A stretch of DNA of 33,393 nt from Paraspadella gotoi (GCA_051294375.1 CM119270.1:21775917-21809309), one strand, 5' to 3'; counted from the first letter of the stretch, positions 1 to 15,344 are shown. The notes: generated from the letters alone by a model not told the origin. Numbers and translations are program-made.

Positions 1-774
1 TTATGTATACCAAAAGCGTTGGCTCATTGTAACTTCATTCTCTCTCCATCACTCCCTCACGAGGCACCCCTGGTTTTCTCCGTTCGTCGATAGTAAAAAC
101 GTCTTTTGTTTATCGTTTACGACTTAAAACTCGGGGTGCATCCAACTTTCGATCAACTCTTTTCCCCTTTTACGATTTTTCTTTTTTTTCAGTAGTTTTT
201 TTTTTTCTTTTTTTTTCTTTTTTTTCTATCTTTGTATTTCTATCGTATTTTGAGCATAGAACAAATTGCATATTGAAGTTTTATTCAATGCTCGCTTTGA
301 CTAATGCTTTTTATCTTGTTTTCTGATTTCTAGTGTATTTATCGATATTAATTAGTATAAACAATTTTAAACATTCAGCTGTGTGTTAAAAAGGAGAGAC
401 TACTATTTAAAATTGGAGTTTATTAACTTGTAAAAACAATATTAAAACGACGTTACATTTTTAGGATATAAAAACAAAAAAATTTTTGTAGTTAAGTAAA
501 CAATTATAGTTAATATTTATAATAATAATACTCGCGTGTATATAATCATTTAAAAATCATTATTAAGATCACTTAATGTTGTTTTTTATATCAACCCCTA
601 AACAGTTTCTTTTTCATTCCAGGGACAAAAGGAGAATCAGCAATCATAACAAAATAAATAAATAAGAAAATTTAATGAAAATATTTAAAAATCATTTAGT
701 TTTAACGCCGAGTGATAAATATTTTTAAACGTTGACGACCGCTTAATGCCAAAAACAAGAAAGACCATTAAAAA

Positions 775-817
775 CTCTCTCTCTCTTCTCTCTCTTCTCT
801 TCTCTCTCCTACTCTCT

Positions 818-859
<42 letters not shown>

Positions 860-963
860 TTATCTTCCGTCTCTCTCGCCGTCTCCTATCTCTGTCTCGC
901 AGGATCACCCGCCCTCGCCATATCGTCCAGTCTCCCGTTCGTACCGATAAGCTTTCATCTCAA

Positions 964-995
<32 letters not shown>

Positions 996-1053
996 CTCGT
1001 CTCTCTCTCTCTCTCTCTCTTCTCATCTCTACTCATACTCTCTCTACTGCTCT
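775..1053. repeat. Interrupted (CT)n microsatellite
   Basis: Direct inspection. Confidence 0.92.
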
Positions 1054-1124
1054 CCGGGTGCAATACCGGAGCCGCGATGTCTCACCGCTCGCCATTATCG
1101 ATAAATCTTTAGCTCTCCCTCTAA

Positions 1125-1345
1125 ATTCTCACTGAATCATGAAACGCGTTTACAAAATTCTCACTGAAGATTCACTGAATACTCACAGAAGACTGACTGA
1201 ATACTCATTGAATAAATCTCAAAGCCTAATTGAATACTCTCTGAAGACTGTCTAAATGTTATCTAAAGGTTATCTAAAGACTCTTTAAAGACTATCTCAA
1301 GCTCTCTAAAGACTATCTAAAGACTCTCTAGAGACTATCTTAACA
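1125..1345. repeat. Degenerate short-unit repeat (CACTGAA / TCTAAAGAC)
   Basis: Units of about 12 bp drifting from CTCACTGAATA to CTATCTAAAGA. Confidence 0.65.
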
Positions 1346-1698
1346 TTCATGTCATGAAATGTTATGTTTTCTTTTGTCCTTCGTTAATGAAAGTTTTTCT
1401 CATCTTCCGCCATTTTATAATAAGGTTTGGCTATCCACTGGATAGTATCCACTCTCCACTATCCACATATTTACTAAGGCGGACCAAAATTTATCACATT
1501 TCAACCGTAGGTGGTCTGTAATACATATTTTATACATCCATTATAGACTTAACACATTTTTACTGTCACTTTTTCACTTAGTGAAGCATAGTATAAAATT
1601 GAAGCATTTAAATTGAAATTGAAATTTTATTTTTATGTATATATGTATATTTTGATATGGGGTTTAAAGTAGATTAAAAAGGGGTCAAACCTTAAAAA

Positions 1699-1741
1699 TC
1701 ATCATCATCATCATCATCATCATCGTCATCATCATCATCAT
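1699..1741. repeat. (CAT)n microsatellite
   Basis: Direct inspection. Confidence 0.95.
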
Positions 1742-2315
1742 ATTATAATATTTTTGCTAATTTTTCACAATAAAACATAACTAAGGCGCTAAGTGAATTG
1801 AAGAATACTATCTATAACTTTTTTGCCAACTCTTAAAACGGGGAATCGGTGGTGAAAATGTATGGATATTTTATTATTTAATTAATCTATTAAACTATTC
1901 ACCTCAGAAAATTTGCTATTGGTCCTTCATCCAACTTCCTGTTTTCTTTTTTCTGTTTTCTGTTTTCTGTTTTCTGTTCTTTTTCTTTTATCTGTTTTTT
2001 TTTTTTTATCTTTCAAATTTTTCATTCCAGTGAATTTTCCCCCTCAATAACTATTTTATTTTTAATATTCACATTTTATACATTTCTTTATCATTTTAAT
2101 ATATTTTATTTTTCTCTTTCGAAGAATTCACTCCGTCTCACTATCGCTACCACCGAAGGAATTTCACCTTTTCACGCTTGACTCTGTCTCACGCTCGCTC
2201 TAACTTCCGCCTAGATGGAATTATTACTTCTCTCGCTTCACACTGTCTCGCTCTCACTCTCACCGATAGAGTCTCACCTACGCTGCGGTTTTCTCCGCTC
2301 ATCTCCGGCCCACAG

Positions 2316-2845
<530 letters not shown>

Positions 2846-3399
2846 GATTCCGCTCAAATGATTCCCCGCCATGCCAGTCAATCTGTCTGTCCGCCTGTCC
2901 GTATGTTTCGTTGTCGTACGAGTGAGATTACGTCGTTATGGTGACGAGGTACGACGACGACGACGACAACGACGACGACAAAGAAAGATAATTAAAACGG
3001 AGTCGACGGAGAGAAGAAGTGGAATTTTAAAAATTCAACCGATGAAAATTAAATCTTTTTTTTTTGTCTCTGCTTATTATCGTCATTGTTGACTCTTATA
3101 AGTTTTATAAGAGTAAAGTTTATTGCTTTATCATTATAATTTCTAGTGTTTTCTGGTTTTCTGGTGTTATTTGATTTTAATTCTTATTTACATTTCCGAC
3201 ACTTCACTTAGTCATTTTTTTTCAATTATGGCTCCATCTTCCCTCTCCCATTTCTCAATAATTCTAATTTCCATTACTTCTTCCCTCACTCATTTCCATC
3301 ACTTTCCATTACTCCCCATCAGTCATTTCCATACTTTCCATTACTCTTCATCACCTATTTCCATTACTTTCCAGTCCTCTCCAATTTCCATCTCATAAT

Positions 3400-3800
3400 T
3401 TTTCCCTTTTCCAGCATCTCTTTTTCCAGTACTTCTTTCCTCTTCCATTTTCTTCAAGCCATTTTTTCCCACAACTTTCTTTTCCCATTTCTAGTACTTC
3501 TTTCCTCTCTCATTACCCTCACGCCATTTTCTCCCTTTTCCACAACTTTCGTTTCCCATTTCCAGTACTTCTTTCTTCCACAATTTCCTTTACGCCATTT
3601 TTTCCCTAATCCACAACTTTCTTTTCCCATTTCCAGTACTTCTTTCCTCTCTCATTACCTTTACGCCATTTTCTCCCTTCACGCCATTTTTCTCCCTTTT
3701 CCACAACTTTCTTTTCCCATTTCCAGTACTTCTTTCCTCACCAATTTCCTTGACGCCATTTTTCCCCATTTTCCCGCACTTCCTTTTCCAATTTCCGTCA
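3400..3800. repeat. Minisatellite, units about 60-70 bp
   Basis: Recurring TTTCCCATTTCCAGTACTTCTTTC...ACGCCATTTT...CCACAACTTTC, about 6 copies. Confidence 0.85.
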
Positions 3801-3891
3801 GGCCTCCGTTCTCCGAAAGATGTCACGAGTAGTTAAAGTCTTCTGGTCGATGCGCCTTCTTTTAATAAAGAAATATGAACAGGTGTGCTGA

Positions 3892-3937
<46 letters not shown>

Positions 3938-4576
3938 GAGAGGCTATGAAGATGATGAGGTCGTAGACAAAGACACCAAAGATGGCAGAAATAATAGTAA
4001 TGATGTTACCGATGACAGGGAATGTTAATTTTTGGTATTTTTAATCGATAACACTAATTATTGTAAGTTTTTAACGATCCGTGATTATAAATGAATTCTT
4101 TTTGTGCTGCATTTACGACAATCACTTTAAATAGTTCAATATGAATTAATATCATAAATTCGTCAAAATACTTCAATTTAACATAGGAAAATCAAAAGGA
4201 GATTTAAATGTCGAGTTTAATTAAAAATAAAAAGAGAAAACAAAAAAAGAAAATCGTCTCACGCAAAATATTTTCGCGCGAAGAAAAAAGGAATTTGTAG
4301 TTTTTTTAATTCGTAACGCGATTTAATTATCAAACGAACAAAAGAACATATTTTTAAAAAAGAAAAAAAGACGCAAAGAATAAAAAGCAATTAGCGTTCG
4401 CCAAAAAAAAGGAAAAAAAAGAAAATCTTTTTTTTTCGTAAATCTCCGCGATGGAAAAAAAATAATATTTTCGGATTTTGAGCATAAAACGTTTAAAATT
4501 ATTAAACTTAATTTATTTTTTTTTGCAAAAAGAAAATTGGTTGATGAAGAGAAAACACGAGGCTTAGAAAACAGGG

Positions 4577-4616
<40 letters not shown>

Positions 4617-4752
4617 CTACTCATTTTCCCTCGTCAGTCTTGGATTTTTCCGCACATTTTTATTCCGTAAATAGTTTTTTTTCCGTTGAGATGAAATTCA
4701 TAGGAGAAACGTTTTTCTTTGTACCAAATTTTTTTTCCTCTTTTTTTTGTGG

Positions 4753-6060
4753 TTTTTTTGTGGGAATTTTTTCGTAGCTTTTTTCCTTTTTTTCTTGAGG
4801 AATATTTTATGAATACAATTTTTTTCTGCTTATATTTATATTTTTCATATTTAGTCCGTTAATTTGTCCGTAATATTAAAGATTCTTTCATTCATTCATT
4901 CATTCATTCATTCATTCATTCATTCATTCATTCATTCATTCATTCACCACCGATTTGTCTCCCCTTGAAAAAAGTTTCCATTTTTCTTCGCGTTTCTTGT
5001 TTTTCGTGCGACGCGTTGGAGTTTTGTTTCGCCAATAGACGTCGCTCACAGATCGTCGTCGTCGTCGTCTTTGTCGTCGTCGTCTTTGTCGTCGTCATCG
5101 TCGTCGTCGTCGTCATCTCTCCCTTGGCGCGCGCGTCTCCCTTCAGTCAAAAGACCAAATGTCGACGCAGACGAATTTTCTTTTTCTTTTTGACGCACGT
5201 GGAATATTTTTTTTTCTTTTTCCCCGCGCGGGCGTCGAGCGCGACATTGAAGACGATTTTAAAAGAGGGCGCTTGAGCGAAGATTGGGAAGATGAATAAA
5301 GATAGAAATGTTTTTAGTTTTGTGGATCATCGCAGGAGACTCAGCCTCAGACTCAGCCAAAAGAGAGAAGATTTTTTGTGGAAATTTTTTCGTAGCTTTT
5401 TGCCTTTTTGTTCTTGAGAGTATTTATGAAATACAATTTTTTTCCTGCTTAGTATTTATATTTTACAATGATAGATTTTAGTCCACCGTGTAATGTGATT
5501 GTCCGTAATATTTAAAAGTTCTTTCATTTCGACATTCATTTCATTCATTCATTCATCTCATCCTACCGATTGATGTCTCCCTTGAAAAAAGTTCCATTTT
5601 CTTCGCGTTTCCTTGTTTTTCGTGCGACGCGTTGGAGTTTTGTTTCGCCAATAGGGAACGTCGCTCACAGATCGGCAGTCGTCGTGACGTCTTTTCGTCG
5701 TGTCTTTCGTCCGTTCGTTCTTTAGTTCGTCGTTCATCGTGGTCGTCGTCGATCATCAGTCTCTCCTTGCGCGCGCGCGCCCTGTCTCCCTCAAGTCACA
5801 CGACCAAATGTCTGACGCCAGGCACGATATTTTCTATTTTTCTTTTATTGACGCACGTCGGAATATTGGATTTTTTTTCTTTTCCCCCCCGCTGGGGCCG
5901 TCTCGCGGGAGCGTCGACATGGGATTGAAGACGATTTTAAAAAGAGGGCGTGCTTGGAGCGAAACTTAGGGAAGATTGAATTAAAGATAGAAATGTTTTA
6001 GTTTTGGGATCATCGCAGGAGACTTGAACTCGAGCGACTCAGTGTCTCAGACTTCAACTC
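4753..6060 (+). repeat. Tandem direct duplication of about 600 bp (about 4753-5358 clean; about 5372-6060 insertion-rich)
   Basis: Same order of motifs in both copies: TTCGTAGCTTTT, TCTCCC(C)TTGAAAAAAGTT, GCGACGCGTTGGAGTTTTGTTTCGCCAATAG, GAAGACGATTTTAAAAGAGGGCG, GATCATCGCAGGAGAC. Confidence 0.9.
4887..4946. repeat. (TTCA)n microsatellite
   Basis: Direct inspection. Confidence 0.95.
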
Positions 6061-6760
6061 AGCTCCAGACCTCAAGACTCAGACTCAGCCCTCAGCTCCA
6101 GACTCAGTGCCTCATGAACATTCAGATTCCTCAAGCTCTCAGAACATCAATCAGCCTCAGCCAGCTCAGCTCAGACTCAGCCTCAGACTCAGACACTCAG
6201 ATACTCCTCAGCCTCCGAGCTTAGACTACGAGCTATGACAGCCTCAGCAACTCAGCTTGCACTCTGCCTCGCCAGCCTTACAGACCTTCGCCCATTTTAA
6301 AACATCCCGCAGCTCAGCCTTCAGTCTTCAGACTCAGCCACATGACTCGACTCAGCCTCAGCCTCAGCTTTGCAGGACTCCAGCCTACAGACTCAGCCTC
6401 GAGTCTCCAGACTTAGTCCTCAGAGCTCAGCGCTCACGACTCGGATCTCAGCCTCACACCCATCAGCCTCAGCCTCGAAGCCCTCAAGAGCTCAGCCTCA
6501 GCTCAAGACTCAGTCCAGACTCATACTCAGCTTCAGACTCAGCTTAGCCTCAGCCCTCAACAGCCTCAGACTGCAGCCTCAGACTGCAAGCCTCAGCCGC
6601 AGACATCAGACTCAGCCTCAGACTGCAGCCTGCAGACTCAGCCTACACTCAGACTCCAGACTCATGCCTCAGCCTCAGAAACATCAGCCTCAGACTCAGC
6701 CTCACAAACTCAAGTGCCTCAGACTGCAGCCATCGACACTCAGTCTCAGACGTCAGCCGT
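6025..6760. repeat. Degenerate hexamer/dodecamer satellite (CTCAGC/CTCAGA)n
   Basis: Continuous CTCAGCCTCAGA-type units running to shortly before an assembly gap. Confidence 0.9.
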
Positions 6761-7069
6761 CTGATCCACTTCTTGCTAGATATAGGAATAGACTTTATAA
6801 GNNNNNNNNNNNNNNNNNNNNNNNNNATATATATATAAATAGCTTTCCTTAGTTTCAGTAGAATTGCTCTGGACTCCTGTGTGTGTCTCACCTTCACCTT
6901 ATTATGAGTTTTTCCTTAAATGGGATAACGCCTCATGACAAGGATATTGATTCTGGCGCTTGAATGAGGAACGAAGATATTTTTCAATTGTGACAACAAG
7001 AGCGTGATATCAGGAAATTATTTCTAAGTTTGTCCAAATTTTTATCTTGTTGTACATTATCAAATGTAA

Positions 7070-7666
<597 letters not shown>

Positions 7667-7924
7667 TCAATTAAACCGCGTGGTCTCTCATGGGGAAAAG
7701 GATAGGGGGTACGATTGTCAAAGCTGAACAAGAGAGAAAGAGGAAGGTGGGAAATGACAAGAGAATAATCTCACACCAGTCAAAGTGAGAGAGAGAGAGA
7801 GAAAAGTATAAAAAGAGAAAGAGAAACAGAGAGAGACAGAGAGAGAGAGACTTTTTAACAAACAAGCTTCTTTCTAATTTGAATGAAGACGAAGCTAAAA
7901 TTTTTAATCTTTTTTCTCCTTTTC

Positions 7925-8172
7925 TGTTGAGTGTTGATTGTTGACTGTTGATCGGTTTTGTTTTACTGTTGACTATTGATTGTTGATTGTTGATTGTTCT
8001 ACTATTGACTTAATTTTTGAATGTTGATGGTTTTTTGGCTACTGTTGATTCTTGATTTTGTTCTATCGATTGTTTTTGATCTACTGTTGACTGTTGATTA
8101 TTTTTTGGTCTACTGTTGCCTAATGATTGTTGACTGTTTTCTGTTGACAGTCGACTGGTTTACTGTTTGTAT
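7925..8172. repeat. Degenerate (TGTTGAC/T)n heptamer repeat
   Basis: Recurring CTGTTGA / TTGTTGA units. Confidence 0.75.
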
Positions 8173-9734
8173 TGTGAGACGTGAGGCTCTCGAACGTTCA
8201 CTTCCTTTTGCTCACGCGATTTGTTCTAAGGTTCGTGTCAAGTTTTGCCGAAAGGGGGCGATAGATGATAGATGAGCGCTGAGTTGTGACAGAGATGCGC
8301 GGTGAGATATGACAGATAATAAATGGGTGAAATAAGAGGTGATCTTATTTCAGAGATAAAAGTATTAAAATAAAGACGAATGATTTAAAAAGAAAAGATA
8401 AGAAATATAAAAAGAGAGAGATGGTGCGAAAAACGTTTTAATGAACCGGTGTTCTGTATATCCAAGCTTTTGGACTAATGTCGGGTTAAAAATGAGCACA
8501 ATTTAAGTTCACTATGGTAAGTACTCAGAGATTATCTCCACCTTATTACCAGGCATACAAACAAGAATATTAATTATACTGTATTATTAACTAGTAGTAT
8601 AAATGGTTGATTATTAAATTAAAGTAGTAGTAAACAGTAGTAGTAGTAGCTTTTGTAGTAGTAGCTTAGATTCCAGACAAATGTTTTGCCAATCAGGGCT
8701 TTTGTTTCAACTTTGCTACAACTCCTGGTATAAGCCTAAAGGCCGACCTCTCAAACAGTAAACGGCACTAAGGGAGCTTTCTGAGACAAAAGACAACCTT
8801 AAAAAACTGTGCTAGACTTTTTTTGGAAAATTGATATTTAGTCCAATTGAATAAATTTAAATTTAATAGGAAAATTTAAAATCTGCTTTTAAAAGTAAAA
8901 AAAAAACATTTTAAAATTTTGACATTTACAATGTTTAAATATGGTAATGCGATAAATTGAAAATAAAAAAATTATTTAAAAATATTCACACTGCATGCTC
9001 CCAAATTTATTCTACTTGATCTAATTTTCTACTCTTTACTCTTCATACGTCCTCTTCGGGCGTAACAAAAATGCAAATAATATATACTCATCTCGATTTT
9101 CGATCATTTTTATCCTTATCAATATTTTCAAATTGTTTCAGCATATTTAACATTATTGTTAGATGTATACTTTTTATTAATATATATTTTTAAGCTCAAA
9201 AATCTTAATATTAAAAAAAATTGTTGACTAAATTTTTTTATTTTTTTTTCCTTCTTTTCTTTCTTTCTCTCCTCTCGTTTCTTTCTGTCTTTCTTTTTTT
9301 TTCTTAGTCTTTTTTTTGACATCGTGAAATACCCTAACAGATAATGTAATACTTTCAAAAAGGCCTTAATCGTCTTTAAAAGAGCTCCCGATCCGCGCGA
9401 ACCGCCCTATGACGATCCGCCGGGAGGCGAGAGAAGAGCCTCGGCGTGACGAGGGTAAGAAGAGAGAGAAGAGAGTAAGTCGCCGCTGCAAGCTTACGAT
9501 CGGATCGACTTTGGCAGCCGCGCGGATCGGGAGATAAGGAGAGAAAGGAAGAAGAAGAGGATAAGAAAGCCGAGCGGGCAAAAAGTCGAAGGTCAGGAGA
9601 AGCCGATCGGCGGCCCGCGCGCTGCTCCGCGGAGGCATGCGCTGTTTCGAGGCTTCTGAGTAAGGCCAGANNNNNNNNNNNNNNNNNNNNNNNNNATATA
9701 AAATAGGTGAAGGAACGTGTTTTGGCCCCCCCCC

Positions 9735-9769
<35 letters not shown>

Positions 9770-10251
9770 TCTTCTCTCTCGTCTCCTCTATCTCTCTCGC
9801 TCGCTCGCCTCTCTGTCTTTCTCTGTCTTTTCTCTGTCTTTATCTTCTCTCATCTGTCTTTCTCTCTCTCTGTCTTTCTCTCTCTCTCTGTCTCTCTCTC
9901 TCTCTCTCTGTCTGCTCTCTCTCTTTCTCTGTCTTTTTCTCTGTCTTTTTTTCTCTCTCTCTCTCTCTCTCTCTATCTCCTCCTTTTCCTCCTCTCTCTC
10001 TCTCTGGCTTGTCTTTCTTTCCGTCCTATCTTAACTAAATGTAAGAGAGAGAGAGAAGAGCTGAAAACCAGAGTGAGAAGCTCAACCAGGCTAAGTTTTG
10101 GGGAATCTATGGATTCAGCGCGGCGGTTGATTTGGGTTCGTTTGTCCGAAGAGAGGGGAGAGAGAGAGAAGAGAGAGAGAGGAGAGAGAGAAAGAGAGAG
10201 AGAGAGGAGAGAGAGAGGAGAGAGAGAGAGGAGAAGAGAGAGAGGAGAGAG

Positions 10252-10304
<53 letters not shown>

Positions 10305-10310
10305 GAGAGG
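9735..10310. repeat. (CT)n tract (about 9735-10005) facing (GA)n tract (about 10150-10310)
   Basis: Direct inspection. Confidence 0.92.
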
Positions 10311-13300
10311 AAGAGACTTCCCCCTTCGGCAGTGGAAATGGCGGAGCGATGAGGGCGATTTTCCAGGTCTTTGTTTTCCCGCTTCATCTGCATAGTGCTG
10401 CTCCTCTCTCGGACTGGATGGGGCGAAAGCGAGGCCGTTCTCCGTCAACGTCCACTCCTAATTCCTTTTGTTTCTTTTAATTTTCTTCTTTTGTTTTTTC
10501 CGTCGCGGGAAAAAATTTCCGATAAATTATCGACGCTCGGCGTCTCGACGTTTGACGAAATACAGAGGGAGCTGCCTTGTATCCGCATGAGCATCGAGTT
10601 TTCAAATTACAGTAAAGTATCGAATCCAGAAAAAGTACGGCCGCTATTAATCGAAAGCGCGTTTTTTCTTTTTCGATTTAATGATTTCCGATTTTTCGAT
10701 TCGCTAAAATTCGCCTTAAAATCAGGAAGACATTTTTTTAAAATGAAAAATTTTTGTATTGAAAGGAAATTGAGGAAAAATCACAAAATTGAAGCCTTCG
10801 ATTCTAGTAATCTAAATGGATATCGAATGTTGCAATTTTTTTTTTCAGCATTAATTTTGAATAACTAATGTACTTGAAATGACATAATTTCGGATTTCGA
10901 GAATCCAGAAGTTGCGCAATGAAAACGTTGAGCAACAAAACAGAAAAAAAGTTTGAAGAAAGAAAAGATTTCAAATTTGCCAGAAGTTTCGTTATGACCT
11001 AGATTTAAGGAGCGAGGTACAAAGAAGTTAGAAGAGCGGTGAGGAGGAAAGAGGAAAAAGGGATGGAAGAGGGAGAGAGGGGAAAGAGAGGGAGAGAGAG
11101 AGAGAGGGGAGGGGAGGAGGGAGCGTGAGGGAGAGGAGAGGTGATGGGATGTGAAGAGAAAGAAGAGAAAAATCTTAATGGATGATTCCTGCATTATTTT
11201 TAATTTTCATTTTTCCGTTCCTTTTCTCCGTTTTCTTTTTTTATCCTACAATTAAAGAAAATGTAGCAGGAATAACTTCTTGGTTCATCTCAAAAGAGAT
11301 TTAGAATTATTTAATTCTTTTTACATATGTAGCTGTTTAGATCAGTTTCTAACATATCTTAATCTGATCTTTATCGAGATTATTTCTTTACAATCTTCCT
11401 CCTTTTTCCTTCCTTTTATCCGATATCTATTTCTCCTATTCCCTTTGGATATCCTTCTTTTATCCATGCACTTCTCCTCCTTTCGCTTGTATCTATTTCC
11501 TGTTATCATTGCCTTTCTCCTGGTTTCCGTTTGTCTTTCATCTTTTATATCTGTCTTTAGAAGTCCATTCCTTTCCTCCTTTCCCTTTGGATCCTTTCAC
11601 ATTTTTATCCTTTTCTTTATCCTGTTTCTATTAGTAATCCTTCTTTTTTTCAACCCATCCCTTTTCCTCCTTTCCTTATTTATCCTTTCCATTTTATTCT
11701 TCTTTTTGTAATCTCCCATTTTCTCTTCTTTTTTTACCTCCTTTCCTTATCATTATCCTTTTCCATTTGTATAGGTCTAATCTTTTCCTTTATTCCTTCA
11801 TTTTTAATTCCCATGTGTTCCTTTCCTACTTGCTTATCCTTTATCTCTTTCCTGGTTATCACTTTCACTGTCTCCTTGATACTTTATCCTTCTATTTGTA
11901 AATCCCAACATCCCTTTTCCTGCACTTTCGACGGTTTTATCCGTGTTCCTTTTATCCATTGATGACCTTTTCTTCTTAATTCCTTTATTACTCGCTTCTT
12001 TTTAATCCTTCATTGCCTTCTTCTCCTTCTTTTATCCTTTCCTTTATATCTTTCCGTTTTCTCTCTGGCTTTCCTTATCCTTTCCGTGGTTTATACTTCG
12101 TTAATCCCATTCCCTTTTCCTCCTTTCCTTTTATCCTTCTCTTTATCCTCTTTCTTTTTATCCTTTTCTTTATCCTTCTTTTTAATCCCCATCCCTTCTT
12201 CCTCTTTCCTTTAATCCTTTCCTTTTATTTTCTTTTAATCCATCCCTTTCCTCCTTTCCTTTTATCCTTTTTCTTTTATTCTTCTTTTTAATCCCATCCC
12301 TTTTTCTCCTGTCCTTTTCTCCTTTCCTGTCGTATCCTTCCTTTATTATCCTTTTCCTTCATAATCCTTCTTCTTATAATGTCCCCCAATTTTCCTCCTG
12401 TTAGCTTTTATCCTGCTTTATTTCTTCATCTTTTTAATCCCACCCCTTTTCCCTCCCTTTCCTTTTATCCTTCCTCATTTCCGCTGCATGAATTCCGCGT
12501 ATGGGTCACAACTAATTACGTTTTATATTACGCTCTTTCTCGTTTTTATTTCGGTCTACTTTGTGTTTTCATCGCGCGCTTTGTCTAGCTCCAGCTGCGT
12601 CCAGCTGTTGCTCGACGGCCATGTCGAGCTGAATAGCAGCAGATCATGCAATAGGCGATGGCAGCACCATGTAATTCGTATCCGTGTACCTATTGATCTG
12701 CACATCCATGTACTATGATCGCATCATTACTACTATAAGAATCAGCATCTTGTCTCTATAAAATTCGGCATTCTGGGTCTCAGCGTAATGACTGCATACA
12801 CAGTTACTATGAGATCGGCATGCCTCCTGCCATGATCGCATCCAGACTACGGTAGACGCATCCGTCCCTGTGATCACATACTTATTACTATAATCTATCC
12901 ATCTGCTGACTGTCATGCCATCAAAGCTATCTTAGTATTCCCATATATGACTACGCAGTAGTGATTGAAACGTTTTCCACAATAATATCAGGCGCCGTAT
13001 TCGCTGTCCGTTGATGCAATTGCATCTGCGCTGCTACGATATTCATCCACAATTGCCAATCCCATCTGAGATCTTCTATTGCATTCAGCACTTCTAGCAG
13101 CTCCACCGTTGCGAAGGCAATGAAAAAAGTAAATTGCATTTACGTTTTTTTTTTGCTCAACCAGGAAATTCTCATCTCACTCAAATGCATCATTCAGATC
13201 AAAAATTGGGAATGGAAGCGAAATGGCGCTTTTTGAAGAAGAAAAGCCTCTCGTGTACCCAGAAGTGTTATTGCGGGTAACGAAGTGGGCACTAATGAAT

Positions 13301-14767
13301 ATCCTTGCAAATAGGTGTTTATATTCATTATCAAATATGATTACAGATAGATCACAAAATACATTAACAGGCAAATAAAAAAATAAAACAAAAATAAAAA
13401 AAAGAAAATTAGTCTCTGTTGAAATTGTCTGCTTTCTGTTTTTGCAAAAAATTTTTATTTTTCTATCATGAAAATTTTAAATTATTACTTGTAATAATTC
13501 ATTCAACTCCTCGTATTTAGTTACAAATGTGGTATAATATATAATACCAACCTTTAGTTTTTTCTCTGACTTTTTCCCAGAGCAATGTCACTTCAAAATA
13601 CCGTACTCAACCATTCAACTAACTATCGTTATTATTTGACATCATTTAACTACTACTTATTTAGAACAAACTGCTGTAAAATATAATTCAGATTATTTAT
13701 TTATTTTATTTCTTTCTCTCCATCGACGTTGGAACCGCCTTTCCACTATCGTTCTTATTTAGTGCGGGAGCGACTCGATAGTCACTTTTCGGTCGGTCTC
13801 GTCTTTGAGATTATCTATTTATTATAATTTTAAACGCTAAGAACGCTGTTTAATTATATTATAAATTGATTTTGATAAAGATTATGCACCGTTAAGATTG
13901 CTTCAATGTTTGTATCAACGAAAGGAAGTAGGCTTACTTACTTAAAGTGATACATGCAGTATATACAATATTATATAAAAAGTAAATTATTACAATAAAA
14001 AAGTTTATAGCCGTTTTCATTTCATCATAATGAATAAATTTGCCAGAATACTCTTGTTGTGTTTCATACTTATATAGATCATAACTTATATTAAAATATG
14101 GGTTGAGTAAATTATAAAAAATCAAATATCAATTATGTTTGTGTTTTATACTTTATATAATTAACGTAATCATTTAAAAGTTTTATGTTAACGTTTTACG
14201 TCGCAAGACATTGAATTTAGTTTCTTACTTTTCTTTGTTCTTCTCCTCTTTTTGTTTTTTGTTTCCTCTTATATATTCTTTTTGTTTCTCCATTTCCCCT
14301 GACGTCGCCAAAAACAGGTCGACGAAGGCAGGGCTTAGACGCCCCTTCTGACCCCCGGGGGTTTGACCCCCGGGTTCGGGGTTTGACCCCCGGAGTTCCG
14401 GAGTCTCGGTTTTTCGAAGGTTTATTCAGAAGAAGCGGCAGGGGAAGGTTTGGGGTTAAACACGAGAGGCTGCGTCGATTTGAGGGAATAAATCTCGATA
14501 ACACAATAATTAAATTGATGGAGGAAAAGAGATTTGTCGCCTGAAGAGAGAGGGAAAACTCTGACTTCAATTGCATGGAATGGAAATTTAGGGGAGGAGG
14601 GAGAGGGGGAGGAGGAAAAGGAGGAAGGAAGAGGGAGGGAGGAAGGAGAGGGGGAGGAAGAGGAGGAGAGGAGGGGGGAGGAGAGGGAGGGAGAGGAGGG
14701 GGGGGAGGGAGGGAGGAAGGCGGCTGGTCGAAAAGGACAGGCGGGAGATTGTTACGTATAAGAATTA

Positions 14768-15240
14768 AAGAAAAGCCAGAGGCTAAGAAAAGCACTGAGA
14801 GAAGGCCAAGAAAACAAGGTAACGAGACCAGCAAGATGAAGGCCTAAAGAAAAAAGCCAGAGGCTAAACGGAAAGCCACTGGAAAGATGAAGTGCCAAAA
14901 GAAAAGCCAGAGGCTAAACGAAGAAGACTTACTTGGCAAATATGATGAAGGCCAAAAGAAAAAGCCAGAGGCCTTAAGGAAGAGTAGCCCACTGGTAAAG
15001 ATAAAGGCAAAAAGAAAAGCCAGAGGTAAAACGAAGAAGCCACTGGCAAAGTATGGAAGGCCAAAAGAAAAGCCGAGGCTAAACGAAGAAGCCCTGGCAA
15101 AGGAAAAGCCAGAGGACTAAACCAAAATAGCACTGGGCAAGGATAAAGGTTAAAAAAATTGCCAGAGGCTAAAGGAAGAAGCCACGTTGCAAAGATGAAA
15201 GGCCAAAAGAAAAAGTCAGAGGCTAAACAAAGTAGCCTCA
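14768..15240. repeat. Minisatellite, units about 50-60 bp (AAAGCCAGAGGCTAAA core), about 8-9 copies
   Basis: Repeated AAAGAAAAGCCAGAGGCTAAACGAAGAAGCCACTGGCAAAGATGAAGGCC. Only about 3 inverted copies occur in the other arm (16480-16612). Confidence 0.88.
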
Positions 15241-15344
15241 ATTTTTACCAAATTAGATTAGATTCTATCTTTTTGAAATGTTTTCGCTTTCTAACCTCAT
15301 TTAAGTCCTCATAAAATGTAGAAATATTAAAAGAATTTATAGAG

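Noticed and set aside
6024-6852. Gln/Pro/Ser-rich protein
   Set aside because: Translation of a noisy CTCAGC/CTCAGA satellite, with frequent frame changes.
9366-9670. GC-rich block as a gene
   Set aside because: Short frames with no recognisable motif next to a gap. Not supportable from sequence alone.
14768-15240. CRISPR-like array (also 3400-3800)
   Set aside because: The sequence between cores is itself repeated rather than unique spacers, the context is eukaryotic, and there are no cas genes.
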